Positions 1 to 12,900 of a stretch of 64,000 nucleotides of DNA are shown here, one piece after another. The position numbers and the translations under genes were made by a program. Position 1 is the stretch's first letter. The number at the start of each line of letters is the position of its first letter. Origin of the DNA: Takakia lepidozioides (lineage: Eukaryota > Plantae > Bryophyta); contig CM060733.1 of NCBI GenBank assembly GCA_030704615.1, positions 60,450,001-60,514,000 on the forward strand, written 5' to 3'. The notes below the pieces were generated by a model that saw only the letters and a program-made list of their open reading frames with translations, was not told the origin of the DNA and did no database searches.

Positions 1-653
1 CTCTGCCGACATGCTCCTTGGGGTAGGATCTACCCCTCTTATAAAGAGTTTGATATGCATCTATGTAGTAGGTTAAAGAAAACTATCTTGAGCCATTAAA
101 TTCGTCTATCATATCCGGGACATTAAAACAGTAACAAACCCACTACTGGGAGAGACACAGTTCGAGCAGAATTGGAATCCATTTGTGCCTGCTCATCAGT
201 GGTGGCGTTGACGATGCCCTTGAATTACTTTTAGTTCGATCTCCTTTTGCCTCCTTCTATTCTAGTTTCCCCAAGCACAGCCAACGGTACTCTTGTCTTA
301 TCCAGCCTCTAGAGATCCGAATCAAAGAGTAGACCTGGAGAGTACCAGCAGCTTGTAAATACTGAAAGGTCTAGTTCATTTGCATGTAACTCAATTACCC
401 CTAAAACTGACATTACTGTTCCCATCTCCGAAAACAGCAGTGTCTAGGGTGATTATAAGACATCTGAACCAGACCTTTGTAAGGAGGGGGTGCATAAACC
501 TCAGCTCTTGTTCTGATATTACTGAGTATTTGCTAGACCCTCCATTTAAACAGAAGAATTTGGCCAAGGGAGTTATGAAGAAACTTTCTGTTACTGTCCT
601 TGCCAAAAAGGGTGCTGTCAACTGCTGTACATAATTGTGTGCTTGACTTACAG

Positions 654-2090
654 GAGGTGGTTGACCTGGAGGTAGGCATGCCCCCTAGCATGGACTGGGA
701 ACATGTGCAGCATATTAAGACAGGACTACTGGCCCCTTTGGTAGAGATTCTTGAGACCCAGCAAGAGACCATCAACGAGTACAGACATCTAGCTGCAGAA
801 AAGGATGAACAATCTGCCATGGCACTACACAAACTGCAGGATGACTACAACAAAGCACTCCAGCAGCTCACTGAGGAATCAGAGCGGGTGGGTCGTCAGA
901 ACAAATTTTGTGATACATTACTTCAGTAAGTATCCTCATCTGAAAGTTTTTTGTTTGTAACATGTGAAACTCTAGCTTCGATGCCTTGCAACATTCCTTG
1001 CAACATTCCTGAGGAAAAGGATCCACTGCATGTATGTGTAGTTTGTTTACAACCAGGTCTAATAGAATCATGTGTCCACATTCAATGTTTCTTATCAACA
1101 ACAGTTGGTTAAAGCTTGGGTCAAGAAGAAATCATGAATTTGACGAAACTGCGGATAATGGATTCTATATAAATGTTCATTTGATAACCTGAATGGAGGT
1201 TTTGAATGTCGTGACCATATGTCCATAGGGACTTGGATGAAATGGCTAAGATCCTCGACCAAAGCAGGCAGAAGGCTCGAAAAGCTGAGGTTCAACTGGC
1301 AGAGAGAGAGAGAGAGATCAAAAATTTGCTCCAAGAGAAACAAGATATAGTCAATCAACTGATTTCAGAGCAGGCTCAACTGGCAGAGGCAGAGAGAGAG
1401 ACTCGATGTTTGCTTCAAGAGAAACAAGAGCTGCTCATTCAACAGATCTCAGGAGATGCAGAAAGAGAGAGAGAGATCGAACGTCTGCACCATGAGAAAC
1501 AAGAACTGCTCATTCATTTGATTTCAGGGGGACCCTCTGGCTTTGTTGAATGGGCAAAGAAAGAGATTGAAGCACAGGGCCTCCACGTTGGGGAAGCTCT
1601 TGATCGGGTTTGGCAGGGAAGCACTGTGCGCAAAGACATGATGGACAGATCAACCATTGTCAGTCAATGTGAGACCAATGTGCAGGAACGACCACCTGGT
1701 CTGGTACCCACTGTTTCCCAAGATAGGTTGGCGAAATCCACAGTTGACACTCAATGTCAGACCAATGTGAAGGGTAAACCATTGAAGAGAGAGAATCCTT
1801 CAAGTGAAAATCTCAATGCTGTTTCAGAGGAGTTTAAGCAATCAGTACTTGCAAGACGGCTGGGACACATCACATCACCAGCAGGGAGCTCAAAGGAGAA
1901 ACTACTCTGGTTAATTGTCTCTGATGTTTTCCAGGAAGGTGTAATCAGTTTCAACCGAGTGATTGATAATGGTCCTTCTTCTTTGCCTTCCGCTGTTATT
2001 GGATTTTGGCTCGGGTTGGCTGGTAGAATGGTCACCCACGCGTCAGAGACTCTTCTCTCCCCACTGGATTTCCTATGTCAGATAATGTAG
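654..2090 (+). CDS. Spliced coiled-coil protein of unknown function (exons 654-925 and 1229-2090; further 5' exons likely)
   Basis: ORFs 600..929 and 1233..2090 join in frame through a GT-AG intron 926-1228 (CA|gtaagt...ccatag|G, giving Q-D-L-D-E-M). Acceptor ttacag at 653 and candidate donor gtaagg at 479. Three ~28-aa AERERE..LLQEKQ repeats suggest a coiled coil. Confidence 0.55.
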
Positions 2091-2819
2091 ATCGCAACCA
2101 AGCGAATTTACTCCAGGGTTGCCTCTAATCCAATGAGATATTCAGGCCCTCTTTGTTAACAACTGAGTTAGAAACTGAATTGGGTCCAGTAAGTTCTCCT
2201 GTAGATTAATAGAACAAACTTCTCATTACAGCTCACCAGGTTTCTATATGGCGAGTCAGTTCTGTCATCATACTTTACAGCCCTGTTTGGCTGAAAATCC
2301 GATGTCGATTTAAAGAAAAAACATGTGGAATCGCACCCCAGGCAGATCTGCAGGAGATGAGATATTAAGCATATGTTACAAAGACTGCCATGCACACAGC
2401 ATTAGGAAAGTGCAATTTAGAGTAGATGGCCAAGATGGTCCCAATTTTTTTCAAAGATCAATAACACTCGAGCATTGACAACTACTCTCATTCCGAATGC
2501 ATTGCATATCAAGTAGCTTGGCGGAGGGTTAGGGTTGAGCGATTCGACTTGCCTATCTTCATGTCCTCCTCCTCTAGCATACAAGACCTGAAGAGAAGTT
2601 GCTCAAGGCCCTTTTCTCATCCGAATTCGGCTATGGGGGTGCCAAATCTTGCATCCCAGGCCTTGCACTCCTCCTGGGCTCGTCTCGTTTCGTCCAGCAA
2701 TTGCTTACAATGCGAAATCAAGCGAGCATCTTGAAAAGGAATAGAGATGATGATGCACGCACTGTGTGCATGAACATGCTTCCCATGTATTTGCAACTTC
2801 GCAGCTTCTTATTCCTGTG

Positions 2820-5800
2820 ATGGCTTCCTGCACCTGCGCTCTGCTGAGCACGCAGGGAGAGGCCTCACCCAAGGCTCTATCTTCTTCTTGTGAAAGGGAG
2901 GTAGGCCTCGCATCATGCACCAGAGTCTCAGGGCAGACTGTGGAGTCGAAACGACCACCCCGCATTGCAGTGCCGGGTCCGAGCCCCTTGCCAGTGATGG
3001 CTTTGACGCCTCCCCAGCCTTCAGGGAAAAGGAAGAAAGGTATGAGATGGAACTTCTTCCGTCTTTGTATTGGGTTTCGTCCCTGGAGTTCATTTCCTTA
3101 CACCTTCTAGCTCAATCTGGCCGAAGCATTTTACAAGACTGTAATCGACAATTATGTCCTCCTTCCATCAGTTCTTTTAGTACCTCCTCGAATGATTTAA
3201 TCTCAGGAGGTATTTGTCTTCTTTCCATTCAGTGGAAGTGAGAGACAGAGTTACTACGGTAGCCTTGTGCGATTTCCTGTTTGTCGGGGGAAGGTCCAAA
3301 AGCGGTAAGCCTGTTTAGCTGGCTACGATGGTCCCTCTGGAGCCGTGAGAGATAAACAAGGGCAGAAATAGATGTACTCTCGACCTTTCTCGTCAAAAGT
3401 GATTATCACGTACCCATGAGGGCCAAAATATCAAGCTTCTTGGTGTTGGATCTTATCCTCACGAGGGTAGGGAAACTCAGCCCGCAAGCAACATAGCGTA
3501 ATAGTACGGCTAGCGAGAACCTATTTACATGGAAGTGAGCTTGACACCTGTGGCTGTGATGGCTCCAGTCACACTGTGCTGAAGGACAATGAGGGAGAGT
3601 GAAACAGATGGGTTCATTTTACAGATGTACGTTGGAGTGTTGTCTAAATGCAGGCCAATCAACAACCAGGGAGCGGCTTTGGCAGGAATTTAGGTCAGAT
3701 CCTTCCCAGTGGTGGGACAACAGGTCCGATAAGGTGAGACAATACCTGTTGCTACCCAGTCCAATACCTTCCCAAAATAGAAAGGAACATGGAACTGTAT
3801 TCTGAATGAATCTGGGATGATTGTGCATCTTGTTAGACTGGCCCATGGTTTCAAACCTTGGCTTGCTTGAAGTTTCATCCTGTTGTTTAAAGCAATGCTT
3901 TTGAAGCATCGACAGTTGTACCTTGGTCTCTGTGTCTATGTTAAAGCTAGCTGTACTCAGCTGCACACAGATATTGTTTTCACAGAAAAGTTCAAGATCA
4001 CCAGACTTCAGACATAAGCTCACAAAGGAGGTCCTCTGGATTGAGAGTTGGTCGAACCCTCCTTGGGTGAAAGCAAAGCTAGCTCCCATGACACAAGAAC
4101 AAAAATGTGGGGATACTTCCGATGTCGATGTAAACTGTGGAGCTCCATGTCCGGACCACGGGTATTGTTTTGATGATGATTCAAGGGTTCCAGCCTATAT
4201 AGACAGACTGGTACAGTTTATTCACCAAGTAGATGAGGGCATTCTTCTTGTAATCCTGTGTATGAGTAGGAAGAGGCAGGTCCCATGTGATGTTTTATGG
4301 ACGTATCTAGGAGCTTTGATTTGTATTTGGTGACACAGTTGCTATGATTGTTGAGTCATGCAGGACAGCAGAGTTGAACCAGGCACAATTGGTTGCTGGA
4401 TGTGAGACCAGCAGCAGGGGGAGCACCTTTAAGATCACCACTACATTTAAAAATGGGGTGAGAGAGGGAGTTAACAAGAACTTTTCTGGCACCTGTGCCA
4501 ATGTGAAGACACTATATAAGGCAGGACGGCTGAAAGAGGCTCTGCACATGCTAAATGAACAAGGCATTGGGGAAAGCTCCCTTACTTATGTCAGTCTCTT
4601 GCAGGAATGCATCAATGTGAAAGACCTCATAAAGGGAAAGCAAGTACATGCCCACATTATCCAGAGTAGGTTCAAGCCCAACATCTTTTTACTTAATACC
4701 CTTGTCGACATGTATGCCAAGTGTGGGAGTGTGGTTGATGCACGCCAAGTCTTTGACAAAATGCCTGGACGAGATATGTTTACCTGGACTATCATGATGG
4801 CAGGATATGCCAAGCACGGGCATGCAGAGGAGGCTTTCAAAATCTATGAGCAGATGCAACAGGAACATGTAACACCTGATAGGGTTACGTTCATCTGTAT
4901 TCTCAATGCTTGTGTCAGCCTAGGAGCCCTGGAAAAGGGCAAAAAGGTCCATACTGACATCGTCAACTCTGGAATCCCATCATATATAAATTTGGACAAT
5001 TCCCTTGTGGACATGTATGCCAAATGCGGGAGCATGAAGGATGCGTCTCAAGTGTTTGACAACATGGCTAAGCGAAATGTGATCTCATGGAGTGCAATGA
5101 TTGCAGGATATGCTCAGCATGGGTATGATCAGGAAGCACTCAGAATCTACAAGCAAATGGAAGTGGAAGGGGTGAAGCCTGACAGGGTCATGTTCATTTA
5201 TGTTCTCAATGTCTGCGCGAACCTAGGAGCCCTGGAAAAGGGCAAGCAGGTCCATTCCGACATTCTGAAATCAGGAACTGCATCATATATTGGTATTGGC
5301 AATGCCCTCATTAACATGTATGCCAAATGTGGGAGTATGAAGGATGCATACCAGGTGTTCCAAAATATGGCTAAACGAGATGTGGTCTCATGGAGTGCGA
5401 TGATTGCAGGATATGCTCAACATGGATCTGGTACGGAGGCTTTCAACATGTATGAGCAAATGCAACAGGAAGGGGTTATGCCCAACAGCATAACATTCAT
5501 GTGCATTCTCAATGCATGTGCCAGTGTAGGAGACCTGGGAAAGGGCAAAGAGGTCCATGCTGACATAATGAAAGCTGGAATTTCTTCGTGTATTAAAGTG
5601 GAGAAAAGCCTTGTTGACATGTATGCCAAATGTGGGAGCGTAAAAGATGCACGTCAGGTTTTCGACAAAATGGCTGAACGAGATGTGGTCTCATGGAATG
5701 CCATGATTACAGGATATGCTCAGCATGGCTATGCTGAAGAGGCTTTCAAGATTTACAAGCAAATGGAACTGGAAGGGGTGACACCGAACAAGGTCACGTT

Positions 5801-6911
5801 CGTTTCTGTTGTCAATGCATGTGCCAGTCTAGGGGCCCTGGAAAAGGGCAAGCGGGTCCATGCTGATATTCACAAAGCTGGGGTTGTGTCATATATTAAC
5901 TTGGACAATGCCCTAGTTAACATGTATGCCAAATGTGGGAGTGTTCACGATGCACGTCAAGTGTTTGAAAATATGGTTCAGCAAGATATGGTCTCATGGA
6001 ATGCCCTAATTGCAGGTTATGCTCAGCATGGGTGTAGTACAGAGGCCTTCCAACTATTTGAACAGATGCAGCAGGAAGGCTTGAAGCCAGATGGTATCAC
6101 CTTCGTTTCTCTTCTCTCTGCTTGTAGGCATGTAGGCCTGGTGGATGAAGGCCACCACTTGTTTGATTCCATGAGTAGAGATCACGGCCTCACTCCTACA
6201 GTGGAGCATTTTGGCTGCATTGTGGACCTTCTTGGCCGTGTAGGCCGATTGGATGAGGCAGAAGAGTTCATCAAGAATATGCCAATTGAACCAGATGGTC
6301 TGGTTTGGGGGACCTTGCTTGCTGCTGCCAGAATTCATGGGGATGTGGAGGTAGCAGAACATGCAGCGAAATCTCTTCTCAGGTGCGATCCCGACCACCC
6401 TGCAGCTTATGTGCTGCTATCCAACATCTACGCCGCATCTGGCAGGTGGGATGATAAAGCAAAGGTGAGAAAACTGATGGAGGACAGAGGTGTCAGAAAG
6501 GAGCCAGGACAAAGCTGTATTGAAGTCAACGACCAGGTACATACATTTGTTGCAGAGGATGAGATGCATCCACGAATCAAAGAAATCCATGCTGAACTGA
6601 AGAGATTGTCTAGGCAGATGCAGCAGGCCGGCTATGTGCCTGACACACGCTTTGTATTGTATGATTTGGAGGTGGAGCAAAAGGAGTTTTCTCTTTGCCA
6701 CCACAGTGAGAGGCTGGCCATTGCTTTTGGGCTCATCAGCACCCCTGCAGGGACGCCTATCCGCATCATAAAGAACCTTCGGGTGTGTGGTGACTGCCAC
6801 ACTGCCACCAAGTTCATCTCACAAATTGTTGGGCGGACGGTAGTTGTACGGGATGCCAACCGGTTTCACCACTTCCAAGATGGGGTTTGTTCTTGTGGGG
6901 ATTACTGGTGA
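2820..6911 (+). CDS. PLS-class PPR protein with E1/E2/DYW (DYW:PG, C-to-U type) domain; upstream exons predicted to add a transit-peptide-like N-terminus and an OSB-type PDF motif
   Basis: ORF 4344..6911 has five xMYAKCG-anchored P-L-S triplets, a PG box (EPGQSCIEV), HSERLA, CGDC and a terminal DYW; this core is certain. Predicted exons 2820-3039 (G|gtatga), 3654-3733 (cag|GC...AAG|gtgaga) and 3986-~4259 join in frame and encode [47 protein letters not shown]. The last donor before acceptor 4338 is ambiguous. Confidence 0.9.
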
Positions 6912-7349
6912 AACATGAAATGGGAAGGCTATTTCTGCCATGGAGTGCAACAGTCAGTGCTCTACTTTCTGTGAGCTGCCCATGGTGATGCGCACAATTT
7001 AAGTTTGACAGTAGCAGTGGCATCACAGGAGCAGTTCTCAATAGAACTGCGGTTTCCAAATGCTTGCATTGATGGAGAAAGGGATCCTGAGAAAGTTGAG
7101 GTACCCAGGCGGGTCTTTATTTGGAAAATGTCCAATTCACCAACCCAATTGAACACAGTCTAGGAAAACTGCCTACAGATCAGCTCTCTTTTGTCAGATA
7201 AAATGCCAAGCCGCACTAACAAAGTTCTCTGGAGGAAAGATTGCTGAGCCAATTGTTTCTTCAAATGCCTGAAAGTAATGTGTTCTCACTCACATGTTGA
7301 AAGAGCTCACATGCCCCTCACCGGGCCACTGATGAGTAGGTTCTGCAAG

Positions 7350-8000
7350 CATGGAAGCTTTGTTGTCATCCTGGGTGCATGCACTAGCCCTGCAGCCCAG
7401 GAACACGTGTGAGCAGCTTCATATGTGCACTGTCAAAGCCCGATTTAAATCTGTAACTGTCTTCAACTGCCTCAACGAAGTGTGCTCTTGTGGTTGCAGG
7501 ACTAGCTAACCAAGGGCACAGTGCAAAGCATTTGAGGCAGCAAATGCAACATGGAGGCTTCAAGTCTGACTGCGTGCGGCACCACAGCAGAGCAAGTGGA
7601 TGGGCCTACATCACCCAAGCTGAGTCAGATGTTGGTGTAGTGTCTGCCCTTGACATGTCATATTGTGCGTGATGAAGTTTTCTCCCTTGTCCAAGTAGCC
7701 ATTGCTCACCAGCACATCATACAATCACAAGACCACATTTTGCTCAAGAATTTTGTCAAGCACTCGCCATGCCTCCCCCCAAACTTGACAAAATTCTTGA
7801 GTAAAATCTGGTCTTGTGATTGTATGAGGTGCCTCCCCCCAAACTTGACAAAATTCTTGAGTAAAATGTGGTCTTGTGATTGTATGAGGTGCTGAGCAAT
7901 GGCTACTTGGACAAGGGAGAAAACTTCATCACGCACAATATGACACTTGAACTGGTGGTCTGCCTGCAGTATCCATGGTTATTTGGAGCTACCACACCAG
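7350..8000 (+). pseudogene. Highly decayed PLS-PPR/E-domain gene fragment
   Basis: Frameshifted pieces translate to PPR-like strings: SFVVILGACTSPAA, VAGLANQGHS..QQMQHGGFKSD, ESDVGVVSALDM, LDKILE, GYLDKGENFI and SACSIHGYLEL (compare [10 protein letters not shown] and [10 protein letters not shown] in the upstream gene). Confidence 0.65.
7656..7945. repeat. Long inverted repeat (arms 7656-7760 and 7844-7945) with a 60-bp tandem duplication (7771-7830/7831-7890)
   Basis: TGTCATATTGTGCGTGATGAAG...TTTTGTCAAG is the near-perfect reverse complement of CTTGACAAAA...CTTCATCACGCACAATATGACA. The two 60-bp units differ at one base. Confidence 0.95.
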
Positions 8001-8410
8001 AACTGGTCCTTGTAGATTAAGTTGTTCAGCTATTGCTATTGAAGAGAGACACTGAAGCATTGGCAAAGCAGGAAAGAAATGATACTTTGTACAGTCTGCG
8101 CCAAAGAAAAGGAAAGAATAGTTTTAACCTCCAGCAATGTTGATATTGGAATAAAAGATTACTAAGTTCACTTGAACTTACACGTTGGACTATGCATTCA
8201 ATCTCAAACTGTGAATGGTGCACTTGGACATGAATGTGAATTCTTTCATACACTCTCAAGAGCAGCAATAGATTGATTACATCTAAGTTTATCTCTTACA
8301 GCACAAATCTGTTGTACAAGAAGATCAAGTCGTGTCTAGCTCCCTAATAAGAACTTCAGGACAAGAGAAGGATTGGAGGTAGGAAGAAGAGAGAACAGTT
8401 TAGGCACACA

Positions 8411-10687
8411 ATGGGTGGCCAGCCTCTTACCCTGTCCACACATGCACCGACATCCTTCATCTCCTGTCCCTCCAAACTTTCCTGCATTTGCTTCCGCAGT
8501 CTTATGCTGAGCAGCGCTCATTTTCGTACTTATTCTTTGAATGCACCAGCAAATTTGGGCTTCAAAGCTCGCCCTTTTGTGGAGCTCAGCACAAGCTTTC
8601 TGCAGGTTCCATCAACAAACGTTGGGTGCTCTCCGTCTTTGGCAGTACGCATCTACCCCTTCCTCTCCGGCTCATTCCCTCCCTTGCGACCTAAGAATTC
8701 ATCTTCCTACATATCATGAAAGGTTCTTTCTACAAGACCGACTCTTTGCAGCTATAAACCAATGTCGTGTCTACGAGAATATCCGTTAATGTTTTGCCCC
8801 TCCCCCTTCCTTGTGTGTGTTTCAGGGTGCATCTGCCGATTGTTCATATCTTTGGCTCTACATTTATAAGTTCGTTTTGGCTGTTTTTCAGGGATTTGCC
8901 AGCATTCGGGAGCGGCATTCGAGCCAGACAGGGGGGAAAGTGAGGGCAAAAGGGAAGGGCTTTGGGGAGCTGCTTCAAAAGAAGAAAAAAGGAGGCTCAG
9001 AGGGAGAGAAATCTGAGAGGACAGTGTGTCCGTGTGGTGGTGGGGAAGAGAGAAGAGAATACAGCACTTGCTGTGCGCGGTACCATGGAGGTGTTATAGA
9101 GCCTGATACCATCAGCCTCATGAGTAAAGATTCTGAACCCCGTTTTATCCTTCTTTCATTGAAACGATACTCTATGTTTTCAATTTGAATACCGCCATCT
9201 TTTGGCCACCCACTGAAGGTTTATCGCAGAGGAGCTGCTGTGAAGCAGAATCCTTCAACTACTTTTTTTCCAGCATGAATCCGTGACAAGTTATGTTTGA
9301 AATAGCAAGAGTAAAGCACCATCTCACAGAAGACACAATGGTCGCTGTGAGAGAGGCACGTCAGCTTCAGTATGAAATTGAAACCCAACTGGCACGGCAA
9401 TATCAGATCCATGGCCACAAGGCAATAGCAGCTGTGTGTTTGAACAGTATCACACCATGGGTACGTTCTATGAGGTACTGGGTGGTTATGTGACGGCTTC
9501 TCTTTATGTCTCTCTCGTCCCATGGCCCTCCTGGGTCTCTCATTGGTATTGGACATTTCAATTCCTTCTCAACGTCACTCTTTCTTTGCCCTTTCTAAAC
9601 AATGCGGGACTAGAAGTGCCATATCTCCCAAATTTGTGTGGCTAGAGCGGCAGTGCAGGAATTTCTAACACTCCGTCTTGCATAAAAACCCCACAAGTGG
9701 CTCTGAGAGGGTTGATATAAGATTGAGGAAGGTGAGAAAGCTCAGCTGAGAAAGATCGGTGTCTGTTGCAGAGGCACGGTTCAGTGCATATTCACTGGGT
9801 ATTGTACCTTACATTGTGAGAACAACACACCCTGACAACCCTGACTTTGAAGGTACGTCTTCTATATCACTTTGCTGTGTAAACAAGGTTCTGAAAAAAC
9901 GGGAGAGAGAGAAGGGAGGAAACTTGATGCTTGGCAACAATGCCTTCTGAGCCAGACTTGGGGTTCCCACCTAAAGAGAATGTACTCATAAGATGTTTGC
10001 ATTCCTACCCAGAGAGAGAGATGTTGAACTCGTCGATAATGTGAACATTTTTGGGGGATGTCATGAAGGTGAGCAGAAGTTGACGGACGATGTGCGTGCC
10101 ACTTGCGAGAGATTGCGCTTCACCAAGCTTGATATTATTGAGTCGGAAAACAATGCAGATGATGAAGTTAGTCTTCCCACCCTAGCCCCTTTCTTAGTTG
10201 TCTATGGATCAAAATAATCCTGTTTTCACTATCTTAAAGAGTACAAAGTGATCTGCGATATGTGCAGAATGGGTGGTGATCTCTCATTGTCGACCCATTT
10301 TTTGGGGGTTTACTTGGGGTTGGAGACCATATTGTTTTCCAATCTTGTCTGCCCCGCAATTGGACAATCGCACTAGATTCAATGGCAGTTGCATTGTTTG
10401 AATGTGTAAATGACGCTTGTTGGAACATGGGGTGATGGCAGGCATTCGTCTCATTCAGAGTGACATACTCCATGGTCAAAGGGGGCAGAGGAGGAGACAG
10501 AAAACTTTTGGTGGAAAAAAGCCGCTTTGAGAAAGTAGGAGACAGATGGTTGTATCGGGAACGAATACCTCTGAGTCAAGCATCTGAAGCTACCTGGCTG
10601 GCTTCCACTACTCCGCATTTCGCAGATGTTGAAGCAGCTCGCAAGGCTATTACAAAGACAAAACCCCAGTCTAAAATTGCTATGTAA
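8411..10687 (+). CDS. YchJ/UPF0225-like protein (SEC-C-type CPCG..CC motif plus NTF2-like domain), probably plastid-targeted
   Basis: Exons 8411-8605, 8892-9123, 9772-9852, 10069-10166 and 10442-10687 join in frame through GT-AG introns. They give KGFG..CPCGG..YSTCCARYH..LMKARFSAY..YIVRTTHP..EKSRFEKVGDRWLY, the YchJ signature. The N-terminus is Ser-rich. Confidence 0.85.
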
Positions 10688-11515
10688 CTAAGTGCCAAAT
10701 TTCGCTGTACCAGTATGAATGCAATGGCATGTATAGTTTGTTTCGGTTGTCATCAATGGGATAGTTTACTACAGCTGTGGATCACTGGATGCATCAGACA
10801 CCAACATTCGTGTTCTGGTGAACCGAACTGCATGTGAATGTTGATGTCATGAGATGGAACACGACGTTTCTTATGCAAAGCAATTTTCTCAAGGTTTGGA
10901 GGTGGGCCAGACATGTAATATTCAATTTGTGCTGATGTTGGGATTGAAGACGCGCACAAGATCTAGTATAGTCTGGATGTGTAGATGACAGAGCATGTGT
11001 TGGGGATTCAATAGTTGCTGTGGAAACATGTCAGTTGTCTCATGCATCTTATTTACTCTTTAGCTTTGATAATCTAGTATCAATCAGTTTGTTACTTTCA
11101 TAGTATTGATGATCATAGATGAGTTGGAATATAAGAAACCAGAGCGAGTAATACATAAGAATGAGACACAAGACATTTTATCTATCTACTCTAGCTTTGG
11201 TTGAAGACTATGCTTGTGATGCAGCAAGAATAATTGAGATGTCTATTATCTTATGTAGTATTGAGTGGTACATTTCAATTGGAGACAAGGATCCGTTTTT
11301 CGGATTTTATTTAAGTTTGCAGTGCTGAAGCTCATGTTGAATGGAAGTATTAGCTTTCCCCAATGATGTAGAGACTTTTCCTTTTCGCAGCTTGAAGCTG
11401 TGAGAGGACTCAGCAATCTTGTATTGTTGTATATACCAATCTACCTACGTGCTGTCACAAACGAGCTGCTAAAGAATGACTACGGTGGCAACAGCGATAA
11501 GCTGATTTCGGGTGC

Positions 11516-12838
11516 TCACAATTTGCAAGGTACAAGCAGACACTTGCCCTTGCCAAAGCCACTGTTGGCAGCATGGAAAGCCTGGGCTTGATTGGCAGTA
11601 ACTGCAGGAGACCCACGCAGGGCTATGTTGAAGTCACGCACCACACGTCGGGAAGACATGTAAAAGTGTCTGTTGGTGTACGAGTTGAGGAGCGCAGCTG
11701 TGGCTTCCCGCAAGAGAGGATCCGAGCATTCCAATGCACTCAGTAGGTTCATGTTTCCATATTTCTTCTGAGCTAATCTCCCAAACACTCTCCCCACAGT
11801 GGTTCGGAAAGGTGACATTGTCTTTGGCCACCAGCAGAAATAGTCGATGTGGAGCCAGTCACTGCGACAGGGGAGGAAATGAAGAAGGTTAGATAGTGCG
11901 CAAGAAGATAGCATGCAGTCCTGAATAAATCAACATCAACACAAACGGTGGGGAAGATGCGGCCACCCGCCCTACCTACTTCACATAGATGCATTCAGCC
12001 TTGAGCTACAAACAATTGCATGGTCCAGGAAGAGTCTTCCTCCATACTTACTAGGTTGAGCAAGTGGAAGGATGCCTGTTGGGGAAGGGGACAACGATGG
12101 ATGGTGGGGAAGGAGTGCTGCTTTTGGGGCAGATTCCCGCAGGCTGGGCAGGTTTGTAGAATAAAGGGTCCACCACATACAGTGCTTGGAAAAACAACTT
12201 GGACTTTAAAGTCATTGTCCTGCCACCGCCCCCAACAATGTTGCATTTCGCTTCAGGGCTGCCAGAAAGAATGGCTTGGCACCCCGAGAGATCCTCTTTC
12301 CCTTTAAAGGTTATGAGAAAATCTCCCAAAAAGTTGGTGGATCCCTGCGCTGAATCGACAACTCTCCCGTATGCGTCCTTGCATTGCACTGTTACTTTGG
12401 CACCTACAGCGAGTAAAACGCAACAGGACATATCAGCGTTAATACTTGCAAGAGCTGGACGCCTCTCTTTCCTGTTGTCCAGGACTACAAGATTTCAAGT
12501 GGAATTCTGACAATGCGGAAGGAAAAATTGAGAAAAAGCTTTGCCAGGGTCCAGAATAATTGTCTCTCAGCTGCGACTTTGAATCTCGCTATAGAAATGG
12601 ACGAGACCCCCCCTAATCACAAGCGCAATATTTCAGCTGGGACTCCCAGTTGCCCAGTAATCGACAACCGAATCCCGACGAATTTGAAATGCCGCTGATC
12701 CATACATTGTAATCGGCGAGGCTATGACTATGCAGATGCGATCTGTGCTTGACAAGTTTAACATCTATTTGCAATAGCACTCTCAATAATCTCTGCTAAG
12801 TCAAGTCACATTCTCTCATCATGATCGACTATGGCGGG

Positions 12839-12900
<62 letters not shown>

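Noticed and set aside
2526-2538. AGGGTTAGGGTT telomere-like or telo-box motif upstream of the PPR gene
   Set aside because: Only two units, which could arise by chance; not enough to call.
6500-6911. Possible U-to-C (DYW:KP-type) editing factor
   Set aside because: It has a canonical PG box, HSERLA, CGDC and terminal DYW, so it is the C-to-U DYW:PG type.
7771-7890. Direct repeats resembling a CRISPR array (also 53106-53570)
   Set aside because: The repeats are contiguous with no unique spacers, the context is eukaryotic, and there are no cas genes.
9293-9493. Protein-like ORF inside intron 2 of the YchJ-like gene
   Set aside because: It is short and unrecognised, and the flanking exons join perfectly without it (LM-K-ARFSAY).
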